Shown piece after piece: positions 18,707 to 29,144 of a DNA stretch of 64,000 nucleotides; the stretch's first letter is position 1; every line of letters begins with the position of its first letter. The stretch lies in the IMG/VR virus record IMGVR_UViG_3300030035_000081, positions 1-64,000 of that record; one strand, given 5' to 3'. Source of the DNA: a virus. Lineage: Duplodnaviria > Heunggongvirae > Uroviricota > Caudoviricetes. The position numbers and the translations under genes are program-made. The notes beneath the pieces were generated by a model that saw only the letters and a list, made by a program, of their open reading frames with translations, had not been told where the DNA came from and did no database searches.

Positions 18707-19315
18707 ATGAGTGAACAGAAAGAAAATGCTCAGCTCGAAGCTTATCGGAAGCTCGTTGAAGATTTCAAGCGCTTTGTCAGCTCTGAGATTCGAACGGAGG
18801 AAAACAGTTACCGAATTGTGGACATGACTTCCGAAGATGCCGAAATCGATGACCCGAGCGTTCCGGTGACTCAACTGGAGGACGAAAAAGCAGAGAAGCT
18901 TGCCGGTATTTGCATGGACCTGTCCAATGCCACGCTGTGGCTCTACTACAACCGTGACAAATTTGCAAACGTCGAGTTCATGCCCCTGACTGATGAAACT
19001 CTGAAAGAATACCAGAAGCAGGCTCAGAATGCTCTGAATGAACCGAAGAGCCCTCTGTATCTGAAATCCTGGTATCAGCTCATTGAAATGTTGAGTCAGG
19101 AATGTATCCCGCAGCGCTACGAGGACGACGGTCAGCGATATACAGACGTCTATGTGAACACCTATATGCTCATGTACCTGACCATGACCCGACTCAAGAA
19201 CGGCGGAACCTTTACACGCCTTGCAAACGGGCAGGGAAGCGATGCTGTGAAAATCACGACCATCGCAATGTACTACTTCTCCAGCCTTTTGACGGTTCTC
19301 TGCACTGAATATTAA
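18707..19315 (+). CDS. hypothetical protein (202 aa)
   Basis: GGGAGA RBS. ORF. Confidence 0.6.
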   Translation: MSEQKENAQLEAYRKLVEDFKRFVSSEIRTEENSYRIVDMTSEDAEIDDPSVPVTQLEDEKAEKLAGICMDLSNATLWLYYNRDKFANVEFMPLTDETLKEYQKQAQNALNEPKSPLYLKSWYQLIEMLSQECIPQRYEDDGQRYTDVYVNTYMLMYLTMTRLKNGGTFTRLANGQGSDAVKITTIAMYYFSSLLTVLCTEY

Positions 19316-19373
19316 GAAATTTTTTCCCGTGTGAGCAGCGACGCTCATGCGGGAATTTTTTTGTGATTTTCTA

Positions 19374-19401
19374 TTGTCAATCTGTGCGAATTACGTACAA
19401 T
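19374..19401 (+). promoter_or_regulatory. island promoter family member 7: -35 TTGTCA, spacer ATCTGTGCGAATTACG, -10 TACAAT
   Basis: Seen in sequence. Confidence 0.6.
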
Positions 19402-19489
19402 GAAAAATATAAACCAAAAATATATCTTATCGTTGTCCCGCATGAGTTGTTTGTGCGGGACTTTTTTGTTTGCGGAAAGGAAATGCACT

Positions 19490-19687
19490 ATGTACGGTTT
19501 ATCAGAAGAAAGCTTAACGATTGTTGGTGTTATTTTGATTGTGGTTGGTGTCGCTATGATTGGTTGGGGATTTGAATGGAATCAGGACATTACCAATGAT
19601 AAACGGGTCGGAACCGTTGTCAGAGACATTGGCGTTATGGTTTTGGCAACCGGCATTATATTTGTGATGCAGCGGGCAATGAACTAA
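19490..19687 (+). CDS. small membrane protein (65 aa, two TM helices)
   Basis: AAAGGAAA RBS. Hydrophobic. Confidence 0.5.
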   Translation: MYGLSEESLTIVGVILIVVGVAMIGWGFEWNQDITNDKRVGTVVRDIGVMVLATGIIFVMQRAMN

Positions 19688-19742
19688 ATTGAGAAAAAGT
19701 AAGGCAGGCTCATTTCGGGCCTGCTTGTTTTTTGGGTGAAAT

Positions 19743-21938
19743 ATGATTACAACAAAGAAGATTGACCCACGGCCATATCAGCAGAAAGCTGCTGCGGCGA
19801 TTCATAGAGAGTGGGATGCCGGGAATAAGAAAACGCTGGTTGTGATGCCGACCGGAACCGGCAAAACTATTGTGTTTGCAAGCATCGTGAACGACCAGGT
19901 GGAAAAGGGCGAACACGTTTTGATTCTTGCGCACCGGGAAGAGCTTTTACAGCAGGCAAGCGACAAGCTCAAGATGGTGACGGGGCTAGAGACCGCATTG
20001 GAGAAAGCTCAGAACTCGGCACTTGATTCCGATAAAATGGTCGTTGTCGCCAGTGTTCAGACTCTCTCTAAGCAGAATCGGTTAATGAAGTATCCGCGTG
20101 ATTATTTCGGGGCTATCATCATTGATGAAGCGCATCACACGGCAGCCAAAACTTACAAGGGAATTCTCGAGCATTTCATTGATGCCAAAGTGTTGGGCGT
20201 GACTGCAACACCCGACCGAAGCGACATGAAATCCCTATCTGATATCTTTGATAGTCTTGCATTTGAATATAAGCTCCCGGATGCAATTCGGGAAGGATAT
20301 CTCTGCAAAATTAACACGAAGACAATTCCGGTCGAGGTAGACATCAGCAAGGTTCATATCAATGCCGGTGATTTCAGTGCTCAGGACCTCGGCAATGTTC
20401 TTGACCTGTATCTGGACACGATTGCGGATGCCATTGTGCGAGAATGCCAGAACCGAAAGACTGTCATCTTTACGCCTCTGGTACGAATCAGCAAAAGACT
20501 GTGCAATATCCTCAATAAGCGAAACTTCAAGACCGCAGAAGTCAATGGCGCGTCTGCGGACCGGGAGGACGTTCTGAAAGGGTTTGACAATGGCGAGTAC
20601 AAGGCGCTGACGAACGCGATGCTCCTGACGGAAGGCTGGGATTGCCCGACCGTTGACTGTATCATCTGCTTGCGTCCTACCAAGAGCCGTAGCCTGTATG
20701 CGCAGATTGTGGGACGCGGAACACGCCTATGTGAAGGGAAAAAGAATCTTCTCGTGCTGGATTTCCTGTGGCTGACAAAGAAACATAGTCTTTGCCATCC
20801 TGCTGATATTTTCTGTGAAGACCCGGAAGTGGCACAAAAGACCACCGATATGCTGGCGGATGCGGCACTCACCGGTTCGAATAGCCAGGAAAATTTCGGG
20901 AGTCCCGAATTGGGGCTGATTGAGGCAATCGAGGAAGCACAGACTGAGCTGGACGAGGAAAAGCGGAAAGCACTGTGTGAACTCGAAAAGCAGGATACGA
21001 TTCAGCGCAAGCTCAAGGCACAGCGTCAAAAGCCGAGAGGATTGGTTGACCCGCTGCAGTACATTTTCAGCATCGAAGCGCCGGAACTCAACGATTATCA
21101 GCCGATGTTTGAGAGTGAGAGGCAGGAGCCTTCCGATGACATCATCGATAGTATTTCGTGCTACGGCGTAAAAGGGGATGCCATCAAATCTCAGGGCCTT
21201 GCCGCTGCAATTCTCAAACGACTCATTGCTCGCAGAGCCAGCGGAATGGCTACCCCGAAACAAATTCGGTGTCTTGAAAGTTTTGGGTTCGTCCATGTTG
21301 GGCGCTGGACATTGCGGTATGCAAGCGGCTTTTTGGACATCATCAGTTCTCATGACTGGAAACTTCCGAATGGGTTCGACGCATCCACGCTGGACCCGGA
21401 AAAGAATACGGCAGAAGACCTCGCCAAGCTGTATCCAGACTACAAGGAAGATGAGACGAAGAAAGCACCGCGTGGGGATGCTTTCATCTGCTGCTACTAC
21501 GATGCAAGCTACAATTTGGCTCGCAAGAAGGTCTGCAACAGTGAAAAAGAAATGTTGAATCTGTATTATTCACTGTTCAATACTTGCGAAGCAAAGTACT
21601 TCTATTATACGAAGGAAGCTGATGCCTGGATGGCAGAAAAGCAGAATCTAATTGCCAGAAAGACTGGAACACCGATTCCTGCCGCACAGCCGACTCAGGC
21701 AACACCCGCAGTACCTCCTCCCTTTGTCCCGACAGCTCCCGCTAAGAGCCACGAATATTATTGCTGCCTTGCCCGATGGGATGGGTCCTACATTGGCTAT
21801 GAAACTTACAAGAGTGAGCAGGCAGCTCAGAATGCCCGAAAGCAGATTGCCCGGCGCGGTGAGACGGCAGTGTATGCCACAGTAGAGGAAGCCGAAGCGT
21901 GGGTCGAACAACAGAAGGCGGCAAGAACCAGGAGGTAA
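19743..21938 (+). CDS. SF2 DEAD/DEAH-box helicase (restriction res-subunit-like ATPase)
   Basis: Motif I VMPTGTGKT, motif II IIIDEAHH, helicase C domain. 731 aa. Confidence 0.85.
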   Translation: MITTKKIDPRPYQQKAAAAIHREWDAGNKKTLVVMPTGTGKTIVFASIVNDQVEKGEHVLILAHREELLQQASDKLKMVTGLETALEKAQNSALDSDKMVVVASVQTLSKQNRLMKYPRDYFGAIIIDEAHHTAAKTYKGILEHFIDAKVLGVTATPDRSDMKSLSDIFDSLAFEYKLPDAIREGYLCKINTKTIPVEVDISKVHINAGDFSAQDLGNVLDLYLDTIADAIVRECQNRKTVIFTPLVRISKRLCNILNKRNFKTAEVNGASADREDVLKGFDNGEYKALTNAMLLTEGWDCPTVDCIICLRPTKSRSLYAQIVGRGTRLCEGKKNLLVLDFLWLTKKHSLCHPADIFCEDPEVAQKTTDMLADAALTGSNSQENFGSPELGLIEAIEEAQTELDEEKRKALCELEKQDTIQRKLKAQRQKPRGLVDPLQYIFSIEAPELNDYQPMFESERQEPSDDIIDSISCYGVKGDAIKSQGLAAAILKRLIARRASGMATPKQIRCLESFGFVHVGRWTLRYASGFLDIISSHDWKLPNGFDASTLDPEKNTAEDLAKLYPDYKEDETKKAPRGDAFICCYYDASYNLARKKVCNSEKEMLNLYYSLFNTCEAKYFYYTKEADAWMAEKQNLIARKTGTPIPAAQPTQATPAVPPPFVPTAPAKSHEYYCCLARWDGSYIGYETYKSEQAAQNARKQIARRGETAVYATVEEAEAWVEQQKAARTRR

Positions 21939-21942
21939 CAAG

Positions 21943-22485
21943 ATGCGTACAAACAAGACGGCAAGCCATATTTACTATGAGCTTGACCACGATGTGCAGG
22001 AATATGCGAAACGGCTTTTAGCCAAAAAAATTCTGCACGCGGCACAGCAGAATAATGCCGCTCCGTTATCTGATAAAACGGCAAAGAAGACTGCTGAGAC
22101 GGCAGTATTTCTGACCGAACGCCTCGCGCTTTTGTATGAGCTGAATTCTGGATTCCGAGGCATCCGATTCAGCACTTTCGGAGAACAACCTGCTGTTTAC
22201 ACTACCATGGTCCAGCACAATGCTCCGCTGTACGATGAGCTGATGCTTGGACGGGCCTATAACCTTGCCAACTACCTTACTGCTGATAATGAGGATATCA
22301 AAGAATCTGCTTTGATGAAGCACAAGGTTTTGGCAGCAATTTATAGTGCCGCTGCATACATGAAAGGGCAGACTCCGGAGCAGGGAAAAATCTCGATTCA
22401 GAACCAGCTGTTTGTGTCTACGGCTGTTGAGCTGTTTGATGGTCTTTTGAGTGCAGCGGAAGAGAAAAAAGAACGGCAGCGATAA
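21943..22485 (+). CDS. hypothetical protein (180 aa)
   Basis: ORF. Confidence 0.55.
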   Translation: MRTNKTASHIYYELDHDVQEYAKRLLAKKILHAAQQNNAAPLSDKTAKKTAETAVFLTERLALLYELNSGFRGIRFSTFGEQPAVYTTMVQHNAPLYDELMLGRAYNLANYLTADNEDIKESALMKHKVLAAIYSAAAYMKGQTPEQGKISIQNQLFVSTAVELFDGLLSAAEEKKERQR

Positions 22486-22520
22486 AAGTGCCGCCTGAGT
22501 TAGAAATTAGGAGAATTTGC

Positions 22521-22973
22521 ATGATTCGAGTTAAGAAAGAGAACCACCGTAGTTGGTTCATGAGCAACTATTATCCTTGCGAATTTGTGATGAATGGGAT
22601 TCGCTACAAGAACGCTGAAGCAGCGTTTCAGAGTCACAAGGTCCCACTGGAAGAGCGCAGACAGTTTGCGGACATGCCACCGGCTTCTGCCAAGCGCTTT
22701 GGCCGCAATGTAGCTATCCCCGCAAACTGGGGTGAGGCTCGGGACGACGTGATGCGCCGCGTGGTGATGGCCAAGTTCGAGCAGAATGAGGACCTCAAAC
22801 AGCGCCTCCTCGAAACGGGTACGCAGCCTATTGAGGAAGACACGACCAGCTGGCATGACAATTACTGGGGCAACTGCCACTGCCCGAAATGCCAGAACAT
22901 CCCAGGTCAAAACCGGCTTGGGATTATTCTGATGGAAACGAGGAACAAGCTAAAAAAACAAACGAGTAAATAA
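22521..22973 (+). CDS. NADAR (YbiA/DUF1768) domain protein, putative ADP-ribosyl hydrolase / N-glycosidase
   Basis: SNYYPCEF, AEAAFQSHK, AKF.QN..L...LL.TG and NRLGIILM motifs typical of NADAR. AGGAGA RBS. Confidence 0.7.
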   Translation: MIRVKKENHRSWFMSNYYPCEFVMNGIRYKNAEAAFQSHKVPLEERRQFADMPPASAKRFGRNVAIPANWGEARDDVMRRVVMAKFEQNEDLKQRLLETGTQPIEEDTTSWHDNYWGNCHCPKCQNIPGQNRLGIILMETRNKLKKQTSK

Positions 22974-22989
22974 TATTTGCGAGTCATTT

Positions 22990-23046
22990 CCTTTTTTAAG
23001 ACAAAAGGCTGCCGCCCATCACGGGTAGCAGCCTTCTTTTTTTGTT
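22990..23046. terminator. bidirectional intrinsic terminator
   Basis: Stem AAGGCTGC...GCAGCCTT with a T-run (plus strand) and an A-run (minus strand). Confidence 0.6.
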
Positions 23047-23498
23047 TAGTGGGTGTCGTGGCACACATGCTCGAAATCGACGAGCAGCTCATTTGCTGCC
23101 TTTTGCACACATGCTATGGCCGGTTCATCCTTGACTTTTTCAGGTAAAAGGATAAGGCACGGACGGTTAATATCAGTTGAGCTGCTATAGTGGCAGGAGA
23201 GCAACTCTTCTCCAAATTCGTGATTAAGGGCGGAGGCAAGACATTTACCGAGCAAAGCACAATCCTCATCTTTCGCCAAAAGCCTATCCGCCTCATCGTA
23301 GTTAATGCGGCCGTTATCGAGACATATACGGTCAAGAAATGCACGAACAGAAGCAGATGCGCTCACGGCATCTATAGTCTGACGATGATTCTCAAGAAAA
23401 ATGCAAAATATCGGCTTTTCGATTTCATCCAAGTAAAAGCCAAGGCCGGTAATACGGGTATTGGTATCGGTTTGTGTCATAGGAAACACCTCATCCAT
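23046..23498 (-). CDS. hypothetical protein (150 aa)
   Basis: ORF on the minus strand between plus-strand blocks. Confidence 0.55.
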   Translation of the reverse strand: MDEVFPMTQTDTNTRITGLGFYLDEIEKPIFCIFLENHRQTIDAVSASASVRAFLDRICLDNGRINYDEADRLLAKDEDCALLGKCLASALNHEFGEELLSCHYSSSTDINRPCLILLPEKVKDEPAIACVQKAANELLVDFEHVCHDTH

Positions 23499-23534
23499 TA
23501 TGGCAGCGAATCACCTTGCCGCATTCAGAACAAC

Positions 23535-25421
23535 TCACTGAACAACTTCGCCAAGGTCATTTGCGTATTTCGGGTCACACATCATGAAATAGTTGACGGG
23601 GCCGTACTCCAGACCGAGCTCCTGCGCGTATGCCTTGATAGCTTCCAGAACGTCCTCTTTCTTGAGGCCAAACTTGGAATGCAGACGGGCAAACTCTTTG
23701 TCAGAGACAGAAACGCAAGAGCAATTTTCTGCATCGGTTTCTTTGCTGCCCAGCATCCCGTCAAAGATGTCCTGTCCTGCACAGAGAACCGTCTCATTGT
23801 TCATCGCATAGGCGATAACGGAAGCCTTACAGTCAAAGTCGCTGTCTTCCACAAGGAAATCCTCAGGGCGGCCGTGACGTTCAACAACGTTTTCATAGAT
23901 GTCCCGGAGTTCGATAGGAGCAGAAGGAGCAGTCAGCGCTGCTTTATGAAGGCGCATGAATTCCACAAACTTTTCATCCGAGAGGGTATCAGTATAAAAG
24001 CCGATGCCGGAAACGCGAACCTTCACTTCGCTGGCAAAGTAATCGTCAATTTTGGAGACGATTTTCTGCTGGACCCGCTTGTATGCTTCCTGAACATTGG
24101 AAGCCGTGTAAAATACCGGGAACTTCATGATGTCGATTCCCTCCGGCAGACTCGCGTCATAGGCCGCATCAATGCCGCCTCGCAGCGCCGGAACCGCGTC
24201 ATGCAGCTCTTTCACAGAAGAAATGTATCCGGTAATGTACAGCTCATCGTTTTTGCTGTAATGCCCGATAAGTCCTACATAGAGAGTCTGCATCAGCATC
24301 CGCTTGAAGCTGAACCAACAAAGACGAATGGGTAGAATGACATTAGCAGCCGTACCTTCCGTACGATAGGTGCCGGGGGCAGAGACCTTTTCCAGCAGAA
24401 TCTGGTCGTTCTTGTCACCGTATTTTTCCTTGAAAAGAGCTTGAAGAATTTCAGTGGACGAAAGAGGAGTGGACATTGGAATCGTTTCATTCAGAAAAGA
24501 GAGGAATGCATCCACGTTGTCTTTCTGCCATGCGTCATCAGACATGCTTGCACGCTGCATAGAGAGCTTGTCTTTCCCGTCGTCAGGCAAGGGCTCATAC
24601 CCACAGGCGATACGAAGCTCGTTCTCCGTGACAGCATCTGTTGCGCTTGCAATTTTCTTGATGGTATTCTCGGTCGGCTGAGCTTTCGCGTTGCCGTTCG
24701 CAAGGTTACTGATATATCCACGAGTCAGCCCCGCTTGAAACGCAAACTTACCCTGTGTGCGGGTTCCGATGGCTTTTTTGACCAGCGATGCCAGCCTTTG
24801 AAAGTCGGGCTCTTTGGGAAAGGTGGCCTCCGTATCCTTATTGCTGTTCTTTTCAAGTACCGACTTGTCCCAACCGGTGACAAGAGAATACCCAATATCC
24901 TTCAAGGATTGATAGGCAACCCCGTTCTGGTCAAGAGCCGGGGAGTATGTACCGCTGTTATCTTCCAGCTGCTCTACTGCCTCACGCACCATCCTTGCTT
25001 CGTTCATCAGGATGACGTCCGGGGCTTCAAGCCGGGCAAGACTCTTGTACCGACTATTGAGGCGCTCGACTCGTGCGGCCAATGCAGTGATGTTGGCAAC
25101 TTGGTCTTCCGTTGCATGGGCAGAGATATCTGCACCAAGTTCAAAATGGTTCAGTGCAGGAATATCCACGCCTTTGCTCTTGGCGAATTCCACCATGGCC
25201 TCCGCACCGTAAAAGCGCTTCTCATGGGTTGCGACAACTTTCGTTATCGTGTCGGCCGAGTTGTCCAGCTCAAGCACTTCACCTTTTCCGGCATCCTCGA
25301 CATAACACCTGGCGTTGGTGAGAAAGCCTTTCAAAAAATCAGCATCCACATCCAGCTTCTTAGCGATGCCGGGCAGCTGCTTATAGAAAATCACGGGCAT
25401 GGCGAGGTTAACATAAATCAT
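23535..25421 (-). CDS. large hypothetical protein (628 aa) with an internal XRE-type HTH
   Basis: HTH segment QAGLTRGYISNLANG...TENTIKKIA. Confidence 0.6.
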   Translation of the reverse strand: MIYVNLAMPVIFYKQLPGIAKKLDVDADFLKGFLTNARCYVEDAGKGEVLELDNSADTITKVVATHEKRFYGAEAMVEFAKSKGVDIPALNHFELGADISAHATEDQVANITALAARVERLNSRYKSLARLEAPDVILMNEARMVREAVEQLEDNSGTYSPALDQNGVAYQSLKDIGYSLVTGWDKSVLEKNSNKDTEATFPKEPDFQRLASLVKKAIGTRTQGKFAFQAGLTRGYISNLANGNAKAQPTENTIKKIASATDAVTENELRIACGYEPLPDDGKDKLSMQRASMSDDAWQKDNVDAFLSFLNETIPMSTPLSSTEILQALFKEKYGDKNDQILLEKVSAPGTYRTEGTAANVILPIRLCWFSFKRMLMQTLYVGLIGHYSKNDELYITGYISSVKELHDAVPALRGGIDAAYDASLPEGIDIMKFPVFYTASNVQEAYKRVQQKIVSKIDDYFASEVKVRVSGIGFYTDTLSDEKFVEFMRLHKAALTAPSAPIELRDIYENVVERHGRPEDFLVEDSDFDCKASVIAYAMNNETVLCAGQDIFDGMLGSKETDAENCSCVSVSDKEFARLHSKFGLKKEDVLEAIKAYAQELGLEYGPVNYFMMCDPKYANDLGEVVQ

Positions 25422-25657
25422 GGTGTACTCCTTTCAAATATGTCGTTAGCTGTACAATGCTGTCATCTTATGTAATTATAATAGCACATCCCGCACCAAA
25501 AAGCAAGCGCGAATTTACAATAAATGACAAGAAAATACACGAGATGACATATTTGAGCAAAGCAGTTGTTTTTTGGCATTTCCTGTTCAGCAACGGAACA
25601 AGTCCCATGTACCTTGTCTTTGCCACTGTTTTGCTACGGTTTTGCCACAATTTTGCC

Positions 25658-25685
25658 TTGTGCATCCGTGCGAATTGGATATGAT
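25658..25685 (+). promoter_or_regulatory. island promoter family member 8: -35 TTGTGC, spacer ATCCGTGCGAATTGGA, -10 TATGAT
   Basis: Seen in sequence. Followed within 25 nt by an intrinsic terminator. Confidence 0.55.
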
Positions 25686-25691
25686 AGGAAA

Positions 25692-25750
25692 TATAAGATA
25701 AATAAGTGTAGCCGCAGAGGATAGGTTTCTGCGGCTTCTTTTTGTGTTTT
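25692..25750 (+). ncRNA. candidate small RNA: promoter-proximal transcript ending at hairpin GCCGCAGAGGATAGGTTTCTGCGGC plus U-tract
   Basis: Promoter and terminator bound a transcript of about 55 nt. Inference only. Confidence 0.3.
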
Positions 25751-25877
25751 CTAAATTTCATCCGGAACTGCGCGACAACTGGAACCGTAAGCTCAACACC
25801 CGCATCGACCCGATGCAGGTAACAGCTTCCGGCACAAATGCTGTTTACTGGGTCTGCACCAAGTGCGGGCGCAAATG
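25749..25877 (+). pseudogene. remnant of a zinc-ribbon (DUF4379-like) domain gene
   Basis: Translation HPELRDNWNRKLNTRIDPMQVTASGTNAVYWVCTKCGRK matches the repeated HPE..EWDYE...W.C.KCGH units of the 26177 protein. No start codon. Confidence 0.5.
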
Positions 25878-25976
25878 AAAAGCATCCATCAACGACAGGG
25901 TACAGGGGAAAGCAGAAAGCCCTACTCTGAAGTGCCACTATATATTCTCTCATTTCATTAAATAAAAGCTATCATA

Positions 25977-26017
25977 AACGCACGCATCATTCAAAAAATG
26001 TGTGCGTGCGTTTTTTG
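25977..26017 (+). terminator. intrinsic terminator
   Basis: Stem AACGCACGCA...TGCGTGCGTT plus T-run. Confidence 0.5.
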
Positions 26018-26176
26018 TGCGTTTCCGCACATTTAACGCTCATTTTTTTGTGGGGACCAGCCCGTGACATAATAGATTCAGACGGAAGAAATAAACAGCC
26101 TTATTCAAATAAGTAAAAAGGCATCCTATGCAGAGAGATTCTGCATAGGATTTTTTATTAAAGAGGGAAATTCAAT

Positions 26177-28045
26177 ATGGCGGCGAAAATAAATAGAACA
26201 GGCAAAACATACGGAGATTTAACAGTTTTCGAAACTATCCCCGGCTCTAATTCAAAAGCAGATACCTATTTGGTGAAATGTAACTGCTGCGGAAACACAA
26301 TGATAATTGGTATCGACGCGCTCTTGAAAGGGTTAAAGTGTAAAGACTGCCGAGGTAAAGACCGTAAACGTACATACCAGGATTTGGTTGGCGAAGAACA
26401 CAACGGTATCAAAGTTATTTCTTTGGCAGAAGATGCGATTGGAAGCACGGGGCATAGAAACATTCGTTATAACTGTATGTGTAGCTGCGGAAAAGAGTTT
26501 GTTGCTTATCGCTCTTCTTTGCTGCGGGGAAAAGTGAAGTCTTGCGGTTGTTGCAAACACATTACCGAAGCTTCGAAAATGCTTGTAGATAATGCAGAAG
26601 CTATGCAAGACTATGACTTTGCAAAAAATAAGGACGTAGATGTCAGTATGCTGACACAAGGAAGCAATATTGTTGTATGGTGGAAATGCTCTGCTTGTGG
26701 CACGGAATGGCAGGCAAGCGTATATCATTACATCCAGCGTATCAAGAGTTGCCCGATATGCAGCACTATCGATAAAGGACAGACCTCGTTCCAAGAACAA
26801 GCAGTAGCGTATTATGCAAAAAAGTATTTTTCAGAGGCTGTTATTGGAAACAAGAAAGTTATTGGAAAAGAGCTGGACATTTACATCCCCTCCATTCGCA
26901 CTGCAGTAGAATACGATGGTGTTCGATACCATTCTGATGAGAAAAGAGTGAAAAATGACGAAGAAAAGTCCGAAAAATGCAAGCAGAATGGAATTCGGAT
27001 AATTCGTATTCGCGAGCATGGGCTTCAGGAAATTCGTAATAGCGAGAATATCATCAGAGAAAACAATAGAGGGCACGCAACGCTCGACGCAGCAATTCGC
27101 CAATGCTTAGAGATGCTTGGCGTTTCTGAACCTAACATTGATACACAAAAGGATTCAAAAGACATCTATCGTCAATACAAAGATTACAAAGCTGAACGAA
27201 GTATGGGCGGACGGCATCCGGAACTCCTGAAAGAATGGGACTACGAACTGAATGTAGGCATTGACCCGATGATGGTGTCATCATCTAGCTCAGAAATGGT
27301 TCATTGGATTTGCTCTAAGTGCGGGCATAAATGGGAAGCACCCATCAATGGCAGAGCAAAAGAAAACGCAACATGTCCTGTTTGTACAACAGGCAAAAGA
27401 AGACGGAACGAAAAGAACAACCTTGCTACAGAACATCCTGAAATTGTTGCTGAATGGGATTACGAAAAAAACAAGAATTTGAAGCCCGAATATTTCTCAT
27501 CCGGGTCTGCAGAAAAATGCTGGTGGAAATGCAAAAACGGTCATTCCTACAAGATGATAATAGCCGATAGAGTATACGGGCATAACTGCCCTGAATGCTA
27601 TAAACAAAAACACTTCAAGAGTGTGATTTGCGTTGAAACAAAAGAGAGATTTTCTACAGCAAAAGAGGCTTCTCTTAAATACGGGATTAGCGGCGGTTCG
27701 CCTATCTTGAACTGCTGCAACAAGCTACGTACAGTTGCCGGAGGATATCATTGGTTATTTGCCAATGAATACGAAAGCATGACAGAAGAGGAAGCAGATG
27801 CCTTTTTGAAAGCAAATCCATCACGCGATAAGTTCGTCAAAAAAGGAAGAACTTACGATTTAGCTAATATGCACTTTGGTAAGCTAAAGGTCATTGAGAG
27901 AGCAGGAAGCCAAAACGGTCATGCTCGATGGAAATGTCAATGTGATTGCGGAAACGAATGCTTTGCGATAACCCAAAGTCTTGTAGAAAACAAGAAAACA
28001 TCATGCGGTCATTGTAATACGGAAAATACATCCAGTGCTGAGTAA
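26177..28045 (+). CDS. multi zinc-ribbon (DUF4379-like repeats) protein with a Vsr/DUF559-like PD-(D/E)xK endonuclease domain
   Basis: Repeated HPE...W.C.KCGH.W units. Central ELDIYIPSIRTAVEYDGVRYHS resembles the Vsr-like fold. 622 aa. Confidence 0.65.
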   Translation: MAAKINRTGKTYGDLTVFETIPGSNSKADTYLVKCNCCGNTMIIGIDALLKGLKCKDCRGKDRKRTYQDLVGEEHNGIKVISLAEDAIGSTGHRNIRYNCMCSCGKEFVAYRSSLLRGKVKSCGCCKHITEASKMLVDNAEAMQDYDFAKNKDVDVSMLTQGSNIVVWWKCSACGTEWQASVYHYIQRIKSCPICSTIDKGQTSFQEQAVAYYAKKYFSEAVIGNKKVIGKELDIYIPSIRTAVEYDGVRYHSDEKRVKNDEEKSEKCKQNGIRIIRIREHGLQEIRNSENIIRENNRGHATLDAAIRQCLEMLGVSEPNIDTQKDSKDIYRQYKDYKAERSMGGRHPELLKEWDYELNVGIDPMMVSSSSSEMVHWICSKCGHKWEAPINGRAKENATCPVCTTGKRRRNEKNNLATEHPEIVAEWDYEKNKNLKPEYFSSGSAEKCWWKCKNGHSYKMIIADRVYGHNCPECYKQKHFKSVICVETKERFSTAKEASLKYGISGGSPILNCCNKLRTVAGGYHWLFANEYESMTEEEADAFLKANPSRDKFVKKGRTYDLANMHFGKLKVIERAGSQNGHARWKCQCDCGNECFAITQSLVENKKTSCGHCNTENTSSAE

Positions 28046-28079
28046 TTCGGTGCTGGATTTTTTATTGGGAGATATAGAC

Positions 28080-29144
28080 ATGGCAAAGAACGATAACCTT
28101 CATAAGGCGAAGGACGCGAAGAATGATGAGTTCTACACCAGAATCGAGGATGTCGCAGAGGAATTGCGGCACTACAAGAAGCATTTCGCAGGCAAGGTTG
28201 TATTCTGCAACTGTGACGACCCGACATGGTCCGCTTTCTGGCGGTATTTTCACCTGAACTTTGCAGAACTTGGCTTAAAGAAGCTGATTTCTACGCACTA
28301 TGACCACACCGAACCAACCTACAAGATGGAGTACGAGGGCGGGGATGATAATGATGTGGAAGTCGGTGTAAAAACCCTGCTGGAAGGCAACGGCGATTTC
28401 CGGAGCAAGGAATGCCTTGACTTGCTGGATGAAAGTGATATCGTGGTGACCAATCCGCCATTCAGCTTATTCCGTGAGTATGTTGGCACACTGATGCAGC
28501 ACGGCAAAAAGTTCCTGATTATCGGGAATAAGAACGCCATTACATACAAAGAGTTTTTTCCACTTCTGAAAGAAAACAAAGTGTGGATTGGTTATAGCTC
28601 ACCATCCGAGTTTGATACCCCCAATGGAATAACAAAGAAAATCAACGGTCTAACAAGATGGTTTACTAACCTCGACATCCAGAAGCGCCACGAGAAACTG
28701 ATTCTCTGGCAGCGGTACTATGACGATGACGGAAACCCTCTGCCGGACGTGGAAGAGCGCTACCCCCGCTATGATAACTACATGGCCATCAATGTGGATA
28801 GGGTTGCGAATATTCCGGTGGACTATGAAGGCGTTATGGGCGTGCCTATCACTTTTTTGGATAAGTATAATCCGGAGCAGTTTGAGATTGTTGGTGGTTC
28901 CATGTTCGATGATACGCCTTGCAGAGCCGATAAAGATTATACAAGCCTTGGCTTTAAGTTCTTCAAGGCGGATGGCGTAACAATCTCCGGCTCTGGTGCA
29001 TTAAGAGATAAGATGTCACCAAAAGTTGTTAAAAGAGGAAGGAGCGACTTTTCGGTAAGCCCTGATGGCGTGCAGCTTTCCGCAGTTTATCAGAGAATTT
29101 TTATCAGAAAAAGGAGGAAGCAAGGCGATGAAGGTACAAAATGA
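28080..29144 (+). CDS. putative DNA N6-adenine methyltransferase (NPPF motif)
   Basis: DIVVTNPPFS catalytic motif IV. Standalone, no cognate endonuclease recognised. Confidence 0.55.
   Translation: MAKNDNLHKAKDAKNDEFYTRIEDVAEELRHYKKHFAGKVVFCNCDDPTWSAFWRYFHLNFAELGLKKLISTHYDHTEPTYKMEYEGGDDNDVEVGVKTLLEGNGDFRSKECLDLLDESDIVVTNPPFSLFREYVGTLMQHGKKFLIIGNKNAITYKEFFPLLKENKVWIGYSSPSEFDTPNGITKKINGLTRWFTNLDIQKRHEKLILWQRYYDDDGNPLPDVEERYPRYDNYMAINVDRVANIPVDYEGVMGVPITFLDKYNPEQFEIVGGSMFDDTPCRADKDYTSLGFKFFKADGVTISGSGALRDKMSPKVVKRGRSDFSVSPDGVQLSAVYQRIFIRKRRKQGDEGTK

Noticed and set aside
23190-25475. Plus-strand ORFs 23190..24335 and 24441..25475
   Set aside because: Antisense to the 628-aa minus-strand gene, which has an XRE HTH and proper termination signals.
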